This document shows, one piece after another, positions 10,781 through 20,859 of a stretch of DNA of 64,000 nucleotides; position 1 is the first letter of the stretch, and each line of letters starts with the position of its first letter. The translations under genes and the position numbers were made by a program. Below the pieces are notes generated by a model. The model searched no databases. It saw only the letters and a list, made by a program, of their open reading frames with translations, and had not been told where the DNA came from. Origin of the DNA: an uncultured Methanomicrobiales archaeon (lineage in GTDB: Archaea > Halobacteriota > Methanomicrobia > Methanomicrobiales > Methanospirillaceae); contig OY969100.1 of NCBI GenBank assembly GCA_963697895.1, positions 1,408,001 to 1,472,000 of the forward strand, in the 5' to 3' direction.

Positions 10781-11530
10781 CTATGTAAGCCCCTTAAGGA
10801 CGTCATGGCGGTCGATAACCCCCACCAGAACCCCGTTCTCGACAACCGGCAGAATACTGATGTCGTGAGTTGCCATCAGTTTTGCTGCTGAACCCACCGG
10901 TTCATCGGGGCCGATCGTGAACATCTGCTTGGTCATCACCGTCTCAACCAATATATTTCCGGAGTTTTCAAGGGCAGATCGGAGACGTCCTTCCCGGAGC
11001 AGATCCCGGCGGGAAATGATACCGACCAGCCGTCTCTTTTTCATCACCGGAAAAACCGTAAACCCGCTCTCAACGATCAGGCCGAAAATTTTCTGGATGG
11101 TGTCGTCTGCAGAACAGGTTACCGGTTTTTTTGTCATACTGTCCGATACGGTCCCTTTGAGTTCCCGCCGGGTTATGATCACCGGGAACAGTTCCGAAAG
11201 GAGTACGCCTCCCAGGATCTGCAGTTGCTTATCGACGACCGGAGCACTATCCGTTTTACCATCCCGCATGGACCGGACGACGTCTTCGATTTCATCATCG
11301 GAATGTGCCGGTATCACCTCGTGCAGGAACCCTTCGACCGTCACATTGGATTTTGTCGCCGTAATACGAAGTACATCAGTGATATCGATATACCCGAGGA
11401 GTTTCTTTTTCCCATCGTGCACATAGATCTCCCGGTACACATCATCCCGCAGGATCTGTCTCGCACGGGTTACCGGGTCATTATATTTGAGCAGTGGAAT
11501 GTCGATCAGGAAGTCTGATACGAGTTTCAT
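10781..11530 (-). CDS. CBS-domain protein (two CBS pairs)
   Basis: GYIDITD, APVVD, GIISRRD, ILPVV..GVIDRHD. Confidence 0.9.
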   Translation of the reverse strand: MKLVSDFLIDIPLLKYNDPVTRARQILRDDVYREIYVHDGKKKLLGYIDITDVLRITATKSNVTVEGFLHEVIPAHSDDEIEDVVRSMRDGKTDSAPVVDKQLQILGGVLLSELFPVIITRRELKGTVSDSMTKKPVTCSADDTIQKIFGLIVESGFTVFPVMKKRRLVGIISRRDLLREGRLRSALENSGNILVETVMTKQMFTIGPDEPVGSAAKLMATHDISILPVVENGVLVGVIDRHDVLKGLT

Positions 11531-12093
11531 TGGAGAAATTCCTCCTCGCGGCAGGATGGGCAGAGCATCACATTGTCGATCCGCCGGAGATCATCCGACA
11601 TCTGACCGCACCGGTTACACATGCCGACTTCGACAAGGTCTTCACGGTTGATCTCGATCAGGTCGGTCATCAGTTCATTGATCTCTGTGGATATCGTAAG
11701 GATATCACGAACCGTAACTATCCCGATGACTTTCAGGTTCTCATCCACCACGGGAAGCCTTCGGACCCGGTGCTTTGTCATCATGTGCGCAGCGTCCCCC
11801 ACCGTTTTATCAGCCTCGATAGTGATCAGCGGGGTACTCATAATCTCGCTGACATGGACTGAACCCGGTTTTTTGTCCTTGGCGACTATCTTACAATTAA
11901 TGTCTTCTTCTGTCACGATACCGATCGGCAGGTGATTCCGGAGAACAATACAACTCCCGACTTCGTCCCGGCACATCGTCATGGCTGCCTTGGCAACCGT
12001 CGCGTCGTGACCGATGGTCGTAGGATTCCTCCGCATAATCTCCTTCAGTGGCACGCGGGTCTCGAAACGGATTGAATCAGAGGTTTTTTTCAC
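11527..12093 (-). CDS. CBS-pair protein with C-terminal Zn ribbon
   Basis: GIVTEED, RRLPVVD..GIVTVRD; CNRCG...CPSC at C-terminus. Confidence 0.9.
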   Translation of the reverse strand: MKKTSDSIRFETRVPLKEIMRRNPTTIGHDATVAKAAMTMCRDEVGSCIVLRNHLPIGIVTEEDINCKIVAKDKKPGSVHVSEIMSTPLITIEADKTVGDAAHMMTKHRVRRLPVVDENLKVIGIVTVRDILTISTEINELMTDLIEINREDLVEVGMCNRCGQMSDDLRRIDNVMLCPSCREEEFLQ

Positions 12094-12322
12094 CAGATCA
12101 CCCCCATATGCGCGCTTTCTGCTATGGGTGAATACAGTTTACACTTACTGTAAGCCATCAATATAAAAGAATTGGTCTATATATAACCTCCCCGATGGCC
12201 GGGGGCACGCATATTTTTTCATAAAAAACCTAATAAACGTGTATTTCATAGTGTTATATGTAATCGCTCCGGCACTCCCGGGAACCCATGGGGAGAATCG
12301 TCGGGGCGGTCCGGGGTGCAGG

Positions 12323-12964
12323 ATGGATATTTTCGGTCAGACAAAAAATACCTTTTCGCGATTTTTGGCGGCCTTTTTCAAGAAAAGGCGTTCACGAATC
12401 GGTATATATGGTCCTCCCAACTCGGGGAAGACCACTCTGGCAAACAGGATCGCCCGGGACTGGACCGGCGAAGAAGTGGGACTGGTGAGCGAGGTCCCTC
12501 ATGAAACACGCCGTGCATTGAGAAAACAGGATATCTGCATCACGGGAAACAACGGGAACACCATCACGATCGATATCGTCGACACGCCGGGCGTTACCAC
12601 GAAGATCGATTATAAGGAGTTCCTTGAATACGGCGTGGATCGTGACCAGGCGATCATCCGGGCACGGGAGGCGACGGAGGGCGTAGCCGAGGCGATGCAC
12701 TGGTTGCGGGAAGATATCGACGGGGTGATCTACATGCTCGATGCAACGCAGGATCCGTTCTTGCAGGTGAACATCATGATGATAGGGATCATCGAGAGCA
12801 GGCATCTCCCGATCATCATCGTTGCAAACAAGATTGACCTGCCCGATGCCTCTCCGCAGCGGATCCGGAACGCGTTCCCCCAGCATCCGGTCATTCCCAT
12901 ATCATGCCTGGAGGGCAAGAACATTGAAGATCTCTATGAAAAAATGGTGTACAATTTCCGGTGA
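12323..12964 (+). CDS. oapA: Era-like small GTPase OapA/ArvA
   Basis: G1 GPPNSGKTT, G2 HETR, G3 DTPG, G4 ANKID; N-terminal amphipathic FSRFLAAFFKK; followed by DUF2073- and DUF2072-like genes. Confidence 0.88.
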   Translation: MDIFGQTKNTFSRFLAAFFKKRRSRIGIYGPPNSGKTTLANRIARDWTGEEVGLVSEVPHETRRALRKQDICITGNNGNTITIDIVDTPGVTTKIDYKEFLEYGVDRDQAIIRAREATEGVAEAMHWLREDIDGVIYMLDATQDPFLQVNIMMIGIIESRHLPIIIVANKIDLPDASPQRIRNAFPQHPVIPISCLEGKNIEDLYEKMVYNFR

Positions 12965-12970
12965 AGAACG

Positions 12971-13330
12971 ATGATCGAGGGTGTGCAGATAGACCTCATC
13001 TCGGAGGAACGGCTTTCGAAGCTGACATCGATGGAAAAGATACGCCTGATACTCGACGATGTGCGTCAGGGGACGATCGTCATCCTCGAGAAAGGCCTTG
13101 CCCCCGATGAGCAGAGCAGCCTGATTGAAATGACGATGCGGGAGATATTCCCAGATGGCTTTAATGGCATCGAGATCGAGACGTATCCCGCACGGGAAGA
13201 AGGATCATTTCTCGCACGTCTCCTCGGACGGGTTCCGGAGTCCCGGATGACGGTGATCGGCCCGGCAAACCAGTTGAAGATGATCAGAAAGGACCGGGAT
13301 CTGATCAGTGCATGGGTTTCTTCACGGTGA
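12971..13330 (+). CDS. oapB: DUF2073-family protein (OapB/ArvB)
   Basis: MEKIRLILDDVR.G.IVILEKGL.PDE, GIEIETYP, TVIGPANQL. Confidence 0.85.
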   Translation: MIEGVQIDLISEERLSKLTSMEKIRLILDDVRQGTIVILEKGLAPDEQSSLIEMTMREIFPDGFNGIEIETYPAREEGSFLARLLGRVPESRMTVIGPANQLKMIRKDRDLISAWVSSR

Positions 13331-13333
13331 GAT

Positions 13334-13717
13334 ATGCCGCATCAGTGTGTGAAATGTGGAAAAGAATATAAAGTGGCCTCCCTGGTGGTTTTAAAAGGGT
13401 GTGAGATCTGTGGAGGAAAAAAATTCCTCTTTGTTACCGACCGGCCACAACGGGAGATGGATGAATCCATAGAGAAGCGGGAGATCAGTCCCCAAAAGAT
13501 GATCCCTCCTGAAGAGGAGGAGGATTCAGGTCAGGTTGTTGAAGATGGCGAACGGGTGGAGAGCGTCCGGATTGTTTCACCCGGGACCTATGAACTGAAT
13601 ATTGCAAAGATGGCCGAGAGTGATGACCGGGTCGTACGAATCGGTAAGGCGGGAAGCTATATGGTCGATCTCCACTCCATGGTGAAAGCCCGGAGAAAGA
13701 AACAATCCCAGAAATGA
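13334..13717 (+). CDS. oapC: Zn-ribbon protein, DUF2072 family (OapC/ArvC)
   Basis: MPHQCVKCG...LKGCEICGGKKF; ESVRIVSPGTYELN. Confidence 0.85.
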   Translation: MPHQCVKCGKEYKVASLVVLKGCEICGGKKFLFVTDRPQREMDESIEKREISPQKMIPPEEEEDSGQVVEDGERVESVRIVSPGTYELNIAKMAESDDRVVRIGKAGSYMVDLHSMVKARRKKQSQK

Positions 13718-13728
13718 TGATTTATTAT

Positions 13729-13765
13729 CCCTTTTTTAAACTCGTTGTCCTTCCATAAAAAAGGG
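13729..13765. terminator. Inverted repeat with T/A tracts, putative bidirectional terminator
   Basis: CCCTTTTTTA (13729-13738) and TAAAAAAGGG (13756-13765) between convergent oapC and aIF1 transcription units. Confidence 0.45.
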
Positions 13766-13797
13766 GGAAGAATTCATCCCGGATCTTCATCATCCTT

Positions 13798-13875
13798 ACC
13801 TGGACTGGCCGATCAAACACCGTGGAACGAGCTGTGGTCCCGCTCCTCCGAAATAACGGAGGTTAACAGACAGGC
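13798..13875 (-). ncRNA. Candidate structured non-coding RNA (multi-stem junction)
   Basis: Minus strand: closing stem CCTG.CTG/CAG..CAGG, hairpins CCTCCG/CGGAGG, AGCGGG/CTCGTT and CGGT/ATCG; G-U pairs form only on minus strand. Confidence 0.35.
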
Positions 13876-13905
13876 ATTTCATTCTGATGGAAAAAAGCTA
13901 AAAAA

Positions 13906-14211
13906 TTAACTGATATTATCAACGCTGTAACCTTTATCGGCTAATAGTTCTTTCACGCGCTCCCGATGGTTCCCCTGGAGTTCTATAGAATTCCCCTTGA
14001 CCGTTCCCCCACAGGCGAGTTTCCCTTTCATAAATTTTGAAAGATCTTCGAGATCAATATCGGTCGGATCCAGTCCTTCGATGACCGTTACTTCCTTCCC
14101 GTACCGCCGTTTATTCACCTTGACATTGATCCTCTGCTGCTCCTTTGCTACCTCCTCACAGATGCACAATTCTTTAGGTAATCCACAGGTTGGACATATC
14201 CCACCATTCAT
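13906..14211 (-). CDS. Translation initiation factor aIF1 (SUI1/YciH)
   Basis: [42 protein letters not shown]. Confidence 0.95.
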   Translation of the reverse strand: MNGGICPTCGLPKELCICEEVAKEQQRINVKVNKRRYGKEVTVIEGLDPTDIDLEDLSKFMKGKLACGGTVKGNSIELQGNHRERVKELLADKGYSVDNIS

Positions 14212-14364
14212 TACATGTACCTTCAAGGTCTCGTTATATATTTGTTCGCATGAATGGAGGGCTCTCTGAAGATTACTCCCCCGGAACGCCCATGATATTC
14301 CGTTCGTCGGCCCCGACCGGGGGTCCGGGAACGGGTAGGGTAGTTGCAATCCAGGTTTCTACCG

Positions 14365-16030
14365 CTACGACCCGGTCTCTGGCAGGACGTTGTCCAAACG
14401 GCAGGTATCGCACCCGCTGGAGATGACCTGATCTGCCTTGCTGTTATACCGGTAAACCGTGATCCCTTTACATCCCAGCTCCCGTGCAAAGGAAAAAATT
14501 CTGCATATCTCCTCCGGAGTGGTGTTTTCCGGAACATTCACCGTTTTTGAAACGGCATTGTCCACATGCTTCTGCACGGTGGCCTGCATGCGAACATGAA
14601 ATTCCGGCTGGATCTCAGCGGCCGTCCTGAGTAGTTCCTTCTTATCCTCCGGGATCGGGAGATCCTGGACACTCCCCGTCGCCCGGATGTGTGCAAGCAT
14701 GTCGACTCCGCCGCCTTCGGATTTCACCAGTGCTTTCACAACCGGGTGGACCATCACAATGGGAGTTCCGGTGATGGACCGCCGGATAACGAGGGAGAAT
14801 ATAGGTTCGATGCCGCTGCTGGTGCAGGCAATCAGGTGCAGTGAGCCGGTCGGAGCCACCGTGGTCACCGTTGCGTTCCTCATATCTCCGCTATAGATGC
14901 TCTGCCCGATCGCAGGAAACGACCCCAGCTCCGCCCCGAGTTCCCGGGACCTTTCATGTGCCTCCTCCTGAATGAAGCCCATGATCCGGTCGCAGAGGGA
15001 AAGGGCTTCCTTTGACTCATACGGGATACCGAGCTGGACGAACGCATCTGCCAGGCCCATGACACCGAGACCGATCTTCCGGGTCAGGAGGGTTTTCTCC
15101 CCTATTGCCGGAACAGGAAACCGGTTGACATCGATGACCGCATCAAGAAATTCCACCGCGAGCCTGACGATCGAACGGAGCAGATCATAATCCAGCTCGT
15201 CTTTGCCGATGCACCGGGCGAGATTGATGCTTCCCAGATTGCAACTTTCGTACGGGAGCAAAGGCTGTTCCCCGCAGGGATTGGTCGCCTCGATCTGGCC
15301 GAGACCGGGAACCGTATTTTTCGCATTGATCGTATCGAGGAAGAGTACCCCGGGATCTCCCGTCCGCCATGCCGCCTCGCCGAGGGTCTGCCACAGGGAG
15401 AGCGGGTCAATACAGCCCCAGGTCCTCCCATCTCGGGGGTTGATAAGTTCATACGCTTCCCCCCGTTCGAGGCACCGGAAGAAGAATTCATCAAACCCGA
15501 CTGACAGGTTGAAGTTCTGCAGTCCGCCATCCTGTTTGCTCGAGATGAATTCCATAATATCCGGGTGCGAGCTGGCTAAAACTCCCATATTTGCACCCCT
15601 TCGTTTCCCTCCCTGTTTCAACGCAGTTGTTGCTTCATTAAATACCTGGATGAAGGGGATTGGTCCGCTTGCAACCCCGTCTGTTCCCCGGTACACTATC
15701 CCCACGGGGGCGAAGATGCGAGAAGGAAAACCCGGTCCCTCCACCACTCTGATGGATTCTGGCCATATGGGAAAGGGTGGTAAATATACTCTCGATCGAA
15801 TCTTCCACGGGAAGCACAAAACAAGCGGAAAGCTGTCCTATCGGCGCACCGGCGTTCATGAGTGTGGGGGAATTCGGGAGAAACCTGAGTGCTTCCATCA
15901 TCTCCCGGAACTCGGCTGCTTTCCCGCGGTCTACGGCCTCTGCCACCCGGGAGAACATTCCCTCGGGTGTTTCACCGGGCTGGAGATACCGGCTGGTGAG
16001 GAGTGCACGTGCCGTGACATTGAGCTGCAT
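14365..16030 (-). CDS. nrdJ: Class II (adenosylcobalamin-dependent) ribonucleotide reductase, one apparent +1 frameshift at ~15690
   Basis: [26 protein letters not shown] in 15638..16030 frame; [43 protein letters not shown] in 14365..15819 frame. Confidence 0.9.
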
Positions 16031-16085
16031 ATGACATCCAGAAGGTACCTCTTTTATTTAAAATCCACCCCCATGATAGAGCTGC

Positions 16086-17555
16086 ATGTCATTGATGGTG
16101 GCCGGTACCGCCTCTCATGTCGGGAAAAGTACCGTGGTTGCGGCAATCTGCCGATCCCTTGCCCGTCGCGGATACCGGGTTGCACCGTTCAAGTCTCAGA
16201 ATATGAGTCTGAATTCGTTTGTGACGCGAGACGGCTGTGAAATTGGCATTGCCCAGGCCATCCAGGCAGAGGCTGCACAGGTTGAGCCGACCGCCGACAT
16301 GAACCCCGTCCTTCTGAAACCGAAAGGAGACCAGATCTCCCAGGTTGTTCTCCTGGGACATCCCTATCGTGATGTCCCGATCGCCGACTATTATCGGGAG
16401 ACCGATTTCCTGCTGAAAGAAGTGCTTGCCGCGGCATCCCGGCTGAAGGCGTCCTATGACCATATTATCATCGAGGGAGCAGGAGGAGCAGCCGAATTGA
16501 ACCTCTATACCCGCGATATCGCGAATATACGGCTTGCGAGGGCATTGATGCCCCCGATAATCCTGGTTGCGGATATAGAACGGGGGGGTGTTTTCGCACA
16601 GATTTATGGAACTATCGAGCTTCTGCCACCCGATCTGAAGGGACTTGTGCGGGGAGTGATCATCAATAAATTCAGGGGAGATCCAGCCATTTTCGAGGAT
16701 GGTATACGGGAGATCGAGCGATTGACTGGTATTCCCGTGCTCGGAGTTCTTCCTCATCTGGACATCCCGCTCCCGAGTGAAGACTCCCTTTCCCTCGCTG
16801 ATAAAAAATCGCAGAACGGGGAAGTCCGGATCGCGATCCTCAGGCACCCGCGGATCTCCAATTTCACTGATTTTGAGCTTCTCGAACGGTATACAGCGGT
16901 GGAATATGTTCCTTACGGCGCTCCTCTCGGGGGGTACGACTGTATCATTCTTCCCGGGACAAAAAATACCATAGATGATCTGAAACTGCTTATCTCCAGC
17001 GGTACGGCGGAGGCAATCCAACGGGCACGGTATAACAGGGTGCCGATCATCGGGATCTGCGGGGGATACCAGATGCTCGGCCGCCAGATCATCGATACCG
17101 GTGGCATCGAATCCGAGAGTGGTACATATCCCGGGCTCGGCCTTCTGGATGGCGTCACCCGATTTGAGCGGTATGAAAAATGTACCACCCAGGTCTCCCG
17201 TCGGGCTTCCCCGATACCGCCCATATTGTCAGGAATCGATAAGGTATCCGGATACGAGATCCATATGGGGTTTACTTCACGGGGAAAGGATCCGGAATCT
17301 TTTCAGGGTGAGGGGGCGGCGACCGCTGACGGCCTGGTATTTGGTACCTACATGCACGGTCTTTTTACCAATCTTTCCGCACTTGATGCCCTGCTCTCGT
17401 ACCTCTATGAAAGAAAAGGGCTGGTTTATAATCGGGCCGGTGAAAGGCCACGGAAAGACCCGTATGACATTCTTTCTTCAGAATTCGAGAAGAACGTGGA
17501 TATCGAAGCCATTATTTCTCTCTGTTCTTCCGGAAATCTGCAGGGATGCCCATAA
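16086..17555 (+). CDS. cobQ: Cobyric acid synthase
   Basis: [53 protein letters not shown]. Confidence 0.95.
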   Translation: MSLMVAGTASHVGKSTVVAAICRSLARRGYRVAPFKSQNMSLNSFVTRDGCEIGIAQAIQAEAAQVEPTADMNPVLLKPKGDQISQVVLLGHPYRDVPIADYYRETDFLLKEVLAAASRLKASYDHIIIEGAGGAAELNLYTRDIANIRLARALMPPIILVADIERGGVFAQIYGTIELLPPDLKGLVRGVIINKFRGDPAIFEDGIREIERLTGIPVLGVLPHLDIPLPSEDSLSLADKKSQNGEVRIAILRHPRISNFTDFELLERYTAVEYVPYGAPLGGYDCIILPGTKNTIDDLKLLISSGTAEAIQRARYNRVPIIGICGGYQMLGRQIIDTGGIESESGTYPGLGLLDGVTRFERYEKCTTQVSRRASPIPPILSGIDKVSGYEIHMGFTSRGKDPESFQGEGAATADGLVFGTYMHGLFTNLSALDALLSYLYERKGLVYNRAGERPRKDPYDILSSEFEKNVDIEAIISLCSSGNLQGCP

Positions 17556-17598
17556 TTCCTGCTTGTACCGGTTTTCCATCGAAATAAGAATCTGATGA

Positions 17599-17865
17599 TC
17601 AGCCGATCAGGTTCATGATGCTCCGGAACCCTTCGGATCTCCGGTCTCCGCACTTCACCGACTCGACACGGGCCAGGTCGACATTTTCTGTCGCCCTGTG
17701 GGCCACACAAAAGGCGAGCGCAGGCGATTTAACCCACTTTCCGTCCACCAGGAAATATCGGGAATGGACACAGAACCGGCAGTGTTCCAGGGTTTCGGCC
17801 TTTTCCTCAAGGCATTGAACACTTCCCTTCCTCACGGGGAGAATACGATACTGGTCTTCACTCAT
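17599..17865 (-). CDS. Small Cys-rich hypothetical protein
   Basis: GGAGTGA SD-like motif upstream; C...HCRFCVH...C...C pattern; co-oriented with upstream operon. Confidence 0.7.
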   Translation of the reverse strand: MSEDQYRILPVRKGSVQCLEEKAETLEHCRFCVHSRYFLVDGKWVKSPALAFCVAHRATENVDLARVESVKCGDRRSEGFRSIMNLIG

Positions 17866-17889
17866 TCGGATCACTCCTGATGAAAAGGA

Positions 17890-19167
17890 TCACTGGTCAT
17901 AGGCGACGGTGATTCTCCTGCCGCTGTACCCGGCAATCTTCTCGTCAAGCACCGTTATTATCCCGGGAATGGATGATTTCGCGGAAGAATTTCTCAATTC
18001 CAGTTCTCGAGCCGCCGCATCCGCTTCACCGAGATCGGTCTCAAGCCGACGTACTTTCTTCTCCAGTTCCTTCCGGCGTCGGGAGAGCGGGTGTGAATCG
18101 AGGGACTGCGTTACATCCTGCAGTTCCCGGCTGCTCTTATCGTATCTTCCGAGCCCATTCACGACGTAACTCATAAGATTTGTCGGATCTGTGAAAAGCG
18201 TCTTTTCTTCTTTGTTCTTTAAGACAATGTCTCCTGTTTCGATCATTTCCGTCACCGGCGGAAGTGCTGCATCCACTGCCCCGATCAATTCATCTCTCGA
18301 CACCGATTCATGCTGCTGAAGCATCGAAAGGGCATTCCGGATCTGTTTTGCCATTACCATCTCCTGTTTCCGGCCGGCAATCTTCTCTCCTTTCCCAAAT
18401 ACGTGCTGGACCACCCCGATCAGTGCGGTAAGTTCGCGGGCCGCATCCTCCTTCTCTACGGTCATGGTTGCGATCCGGGACTTTAACTCTGCAATTTCAC
18501 GGTTGGCAGGATCATTTTCAACAGATTTCAATTCAGCCTCCACCCCTCCTATCTCTTTACGGACTGCCCCGACCCGGTTCCGGAGAGCCATGCCGGTTCC
18601 CTCCGTATCTATGGAGAGTGCATGATTCCTGATCAAATCCTCGTGAACCGATCGTATCTGGCGGATTGCTTCTTTTTTCCTGCGTGCTTCGGCCATAACA
18701 GGGTTCAGGGTATTTATTTCCCTTCCGATTTCGTCGATCGCCATTCGGATCTGTTTCATCTCCTCGGGGTATGCACCCTGAAGATGTCTTCCCTGCCCCC
18801 TCATGCCGCCTATACATCCTTTCAGGCTTTCCGTGGCCGCTTTATAGAAATCCTCGGGTTCTTCAGGGAGGTTTCTTGAACATGCCGAGTGCATCGCTTT
18901 CTCGAAGAGCGGAAGCGTGGATCTTGTCACCTGTCCAAGCTTCGGGTGGAATGCTTCTTTCTGTTCGGTCGACGAAAGCCCGTCGACGAGATCCATGATT
19001 CGTTCGCGGGCCGCAGAAATTCGGATCCGGACACTTTCTGTCTCTCCGATGAGTTCCTCCTCAAGGCGCCGTTCCTCCAAATTAAGCCAATCCGGTATCC
19101 CGGTACAGGGAATGATCTCGGCCGGGGGCTGGTCCTTTTTAAAGGCATCTTTGAGAAATTTAAACAT
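17890..19167 (-). CDS. Coiled-coil hypothetical protein
   Basis: Long ORF with heptad-rich E/K/R/L helices; downstream of nadM. Confidence 0.75.
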   Translation of the reverse strand: MFKFLKDAFKKDQPPAEIIPCTGIPDWLNLEERRLEEELIGETESVRIRISAARERIMDLVDGLSSTEQKEAFHPKLGQVTRSTLPLFEKAMHSACSRNLPEEPEDFYKAATESLKGCIGGMRGQGRHLQGAYPEEMKQIRMAIDEIGREINTLNPVMAEARRKKEAIRQIRSVHEDLIRNHALSIDTEGTGMALRNRVGAVRKEIGGVEAELKSVENDPANREIAELKSRIATMTVEKEDAARELTALIGVVQHVFGKGEKIAGRKQEMVMAKQIRNALSMLQQHESVSRDELIGAVDAALPPVTEMIETGDIVLKNKEEKTLFTDPTNLMSYVVNGLGRYDKSSRELQDVTQSLDSHPLSRRRKELEKKVRRLETDLGEADAAARELELRNSSAKSSIPGIITVLDEKIAGYSGRRITVAYDQ

Positions 19168-19180
19168 GAAAATCTCCCGA

Positions 19181-19696
19181 TCAGATATCGCAGTCCTTTC
19201 GTGTGATCTGCCGGAGCCGTCCCACGCCGTCGATCTCACGGATAACCTGCGCTGCCGCAGGCGGTACCAGGTATTCCCATGGTTCCCCTGATATCATTCT
19301 TCTCCGAATCTCTGTGCCGCTATGGGTATCCCGTTCATACATCGCCGGAGACTGAACTGCAAGACCCTCCTCCTCGAAGAGGCGCATGACAAGGGGATTG
19401 CTGGAATAGATGTGATCAAACGGCGGGGACATCGAGCGTACATGCGCGACCCATAATGCATTCCGCCTGATATCCTCTATAGGAATGACGTATATGGGAC
19501 AATCCAGATTCTGGAGGGCGGCATGGATCATCAGGACCCGTTCTCCGGCTGTGAACGGGTTTTCGGGTTCATGGCTAAGCTGTGCACTCCCTACACCGAT
19601 CACGACCTCATCCTCCCTCCCCGCAATCATTTCAAGAACTGACTGGTGCCCGTTATGGTACGGCTGGAAACGGCCGATGTAAAATGCCCTATTCAT
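19181..19696 (-). CDS. nadM: Nicotinamide-nucleotide adenylyltransferase
   Basis: [29 protein letters not shown]. Confidence 0.95.
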   Translation of the reverse strand: MNRAFYIGRFQPYHNGHQSVLEMIAGREDEVVIGVGSAQLSHEPENPFTAGERVLMIHAALQNLDCPIYVIPIEDIRRNALWVAHVRSMSPPFDHIYSSNPLVMRLFEEEGLAVQSPAMYERDTHSGTEIRRRMISGEPWEYLVPPAAAQVIREIDGVGRLRQITRKDCDI

Positions 19697-20468
19697 GAGA
19701 GATCCCCATATTTGCAATACGCGCCGCAAATGCCCCGGCCGTGAACCCGGCATCGATATTTACCACGGCGAGCACCGAACAGGACTGGAGCATACTCGCA
19801 AGCGCTGCCTTCCCGTGACCCATGTACCCGTATCCGGTGCTCACCGGTACGCCGATAACCGGGCGGTCGACCAGCCCGGCCACCACAGCGGGAAGTGTCC
19901 CCTCGCGGCCTGCGGCGACAATGAGGACATGCGCATCGAGGAGATCTTTTATTGCCGGGAAGAGGCGGTGGATGCCCGCCGCGCCCACATCGTACGCGGT
20001 GCAGACCCTGCACCCCATTTCTTCAGCAATCACCCGTGCTTCCTCCGCTACCGGGATATCGGATGTTCCGGCAGTGATGATCCCGACAACGCCACCGGAA
20101 TGTTCGACAGGGGGAACCCGGGAAAGAACCGCTACTCTGCCCAACGAATAGTATTTCATGGTGATTCCGGTCTGTTCGCCCTGCTTCTTGATCTCGGTCC
20201 ATTGTTCGGGGGAAATTCTCGTGAGGATGCATCTTCCCGCCTCTCCGACACACCCCATCGCGATCCGGGCGAGGTGCCCGATCTCCTTCCCTTCGGCGAG
20301 GATCACCTCCGGAATTCCACACCGCACCTGCCGGCCGAGGTCAAGCCGCGCGATCTCTCCGATCGTCTCGATCCTGAGCCCCTCGATCTCCCTGACTGCC
20401 TCTTCGAGGGTGATGGTATGCTCCTGGAGACGGGAGAGGACCTGGCCGAGCATGTCATGGGATCTCAT
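19689..20468 (-). CDS. larB: Nickel-pincer cofactor biosynthesis protein LarB (AIR carboxylase-like)
   Basis: [46 protein letters not shown]. Confidence 0.9.
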   Translation of the reverse strand: MRSHDMLGQVLSRLQEHTITLEEAVREIEGLRIETIGEIARLDLGRQVRCGIPEVILAEGKEIGHLARIAMGCVGEAGRCILTRISPEQWTEIKKQGEQTGITMKYYSLGRVAVLSRVPPVEHSGGVVGIITAGTSDIPVAEEARVIAEEMGCRVCTAYDVGAAGIHRLFPAIKDLLDAHVLIVAAGREGTLPAVVAGLVDRPVIGVPVSTGYGYMGHGKAALASMLQSCSVLAVVNIDAGFTAGAFAARIANMGISHE

Positions 20469-20517
20469 GGTTTGATAATAAAGATATGGCTTGGCGGATA
20501 ATAATACGTTCATAATT

Positions 20518-20859
20518 ATGAACTACCTTATCTATGTGGCGATATTCGGGGTCGCTGTTCTATTTTTTCTGTGGCTCCGTGACGCACGCATATTTTATCG
20601 GACCGGCAAACCCGGTTACCGGAAGGCTGCATACCAGGGCGTGTTATTTGGCGCGCTCGCCCTTCTTGGTGCCATGATTACCGCCTATTCTGAAAACCTG
20701 CCCATTCTCGGTCTCGGGATCATCCTGGGGGCATTATACCTGCAGGGTCGGATACAACGGGAGAAGGTCTGGACAGATGAGAGCACCTGGGAACGGTTTT
20801 TTGGTTCGGTGAAGATCGCGTCGCGGGTCAATAAGAAAGAGTTGGTCGGGAATCGATGA
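20518..20859 (+). CDS. Small membrane protein (three predicted TM segments)
   Basis: Hydrophobic segments; WLRDARIFYRTG motif; overlaps hisS start. Confidence 0.7.
   Translation: MNYLIYVAIFGVAVLFFLWLRDARIFYRTGKPGYRKAAYQGVLFGALALLGAMITAYSENLPILGLGIILGALYLQGRIQREKVWTDESTWERFFGSVKIASRVNKKELVGNR

Noticed and set aside
13714-13887. Box C/D sRNA (ATGATGA at 13714, CTGA at 13884)
   Set aside because: The boxes are ~170 nt apart, far longer than typical archaeal C/D guides, and the box C overlaps the oapC stop codon.
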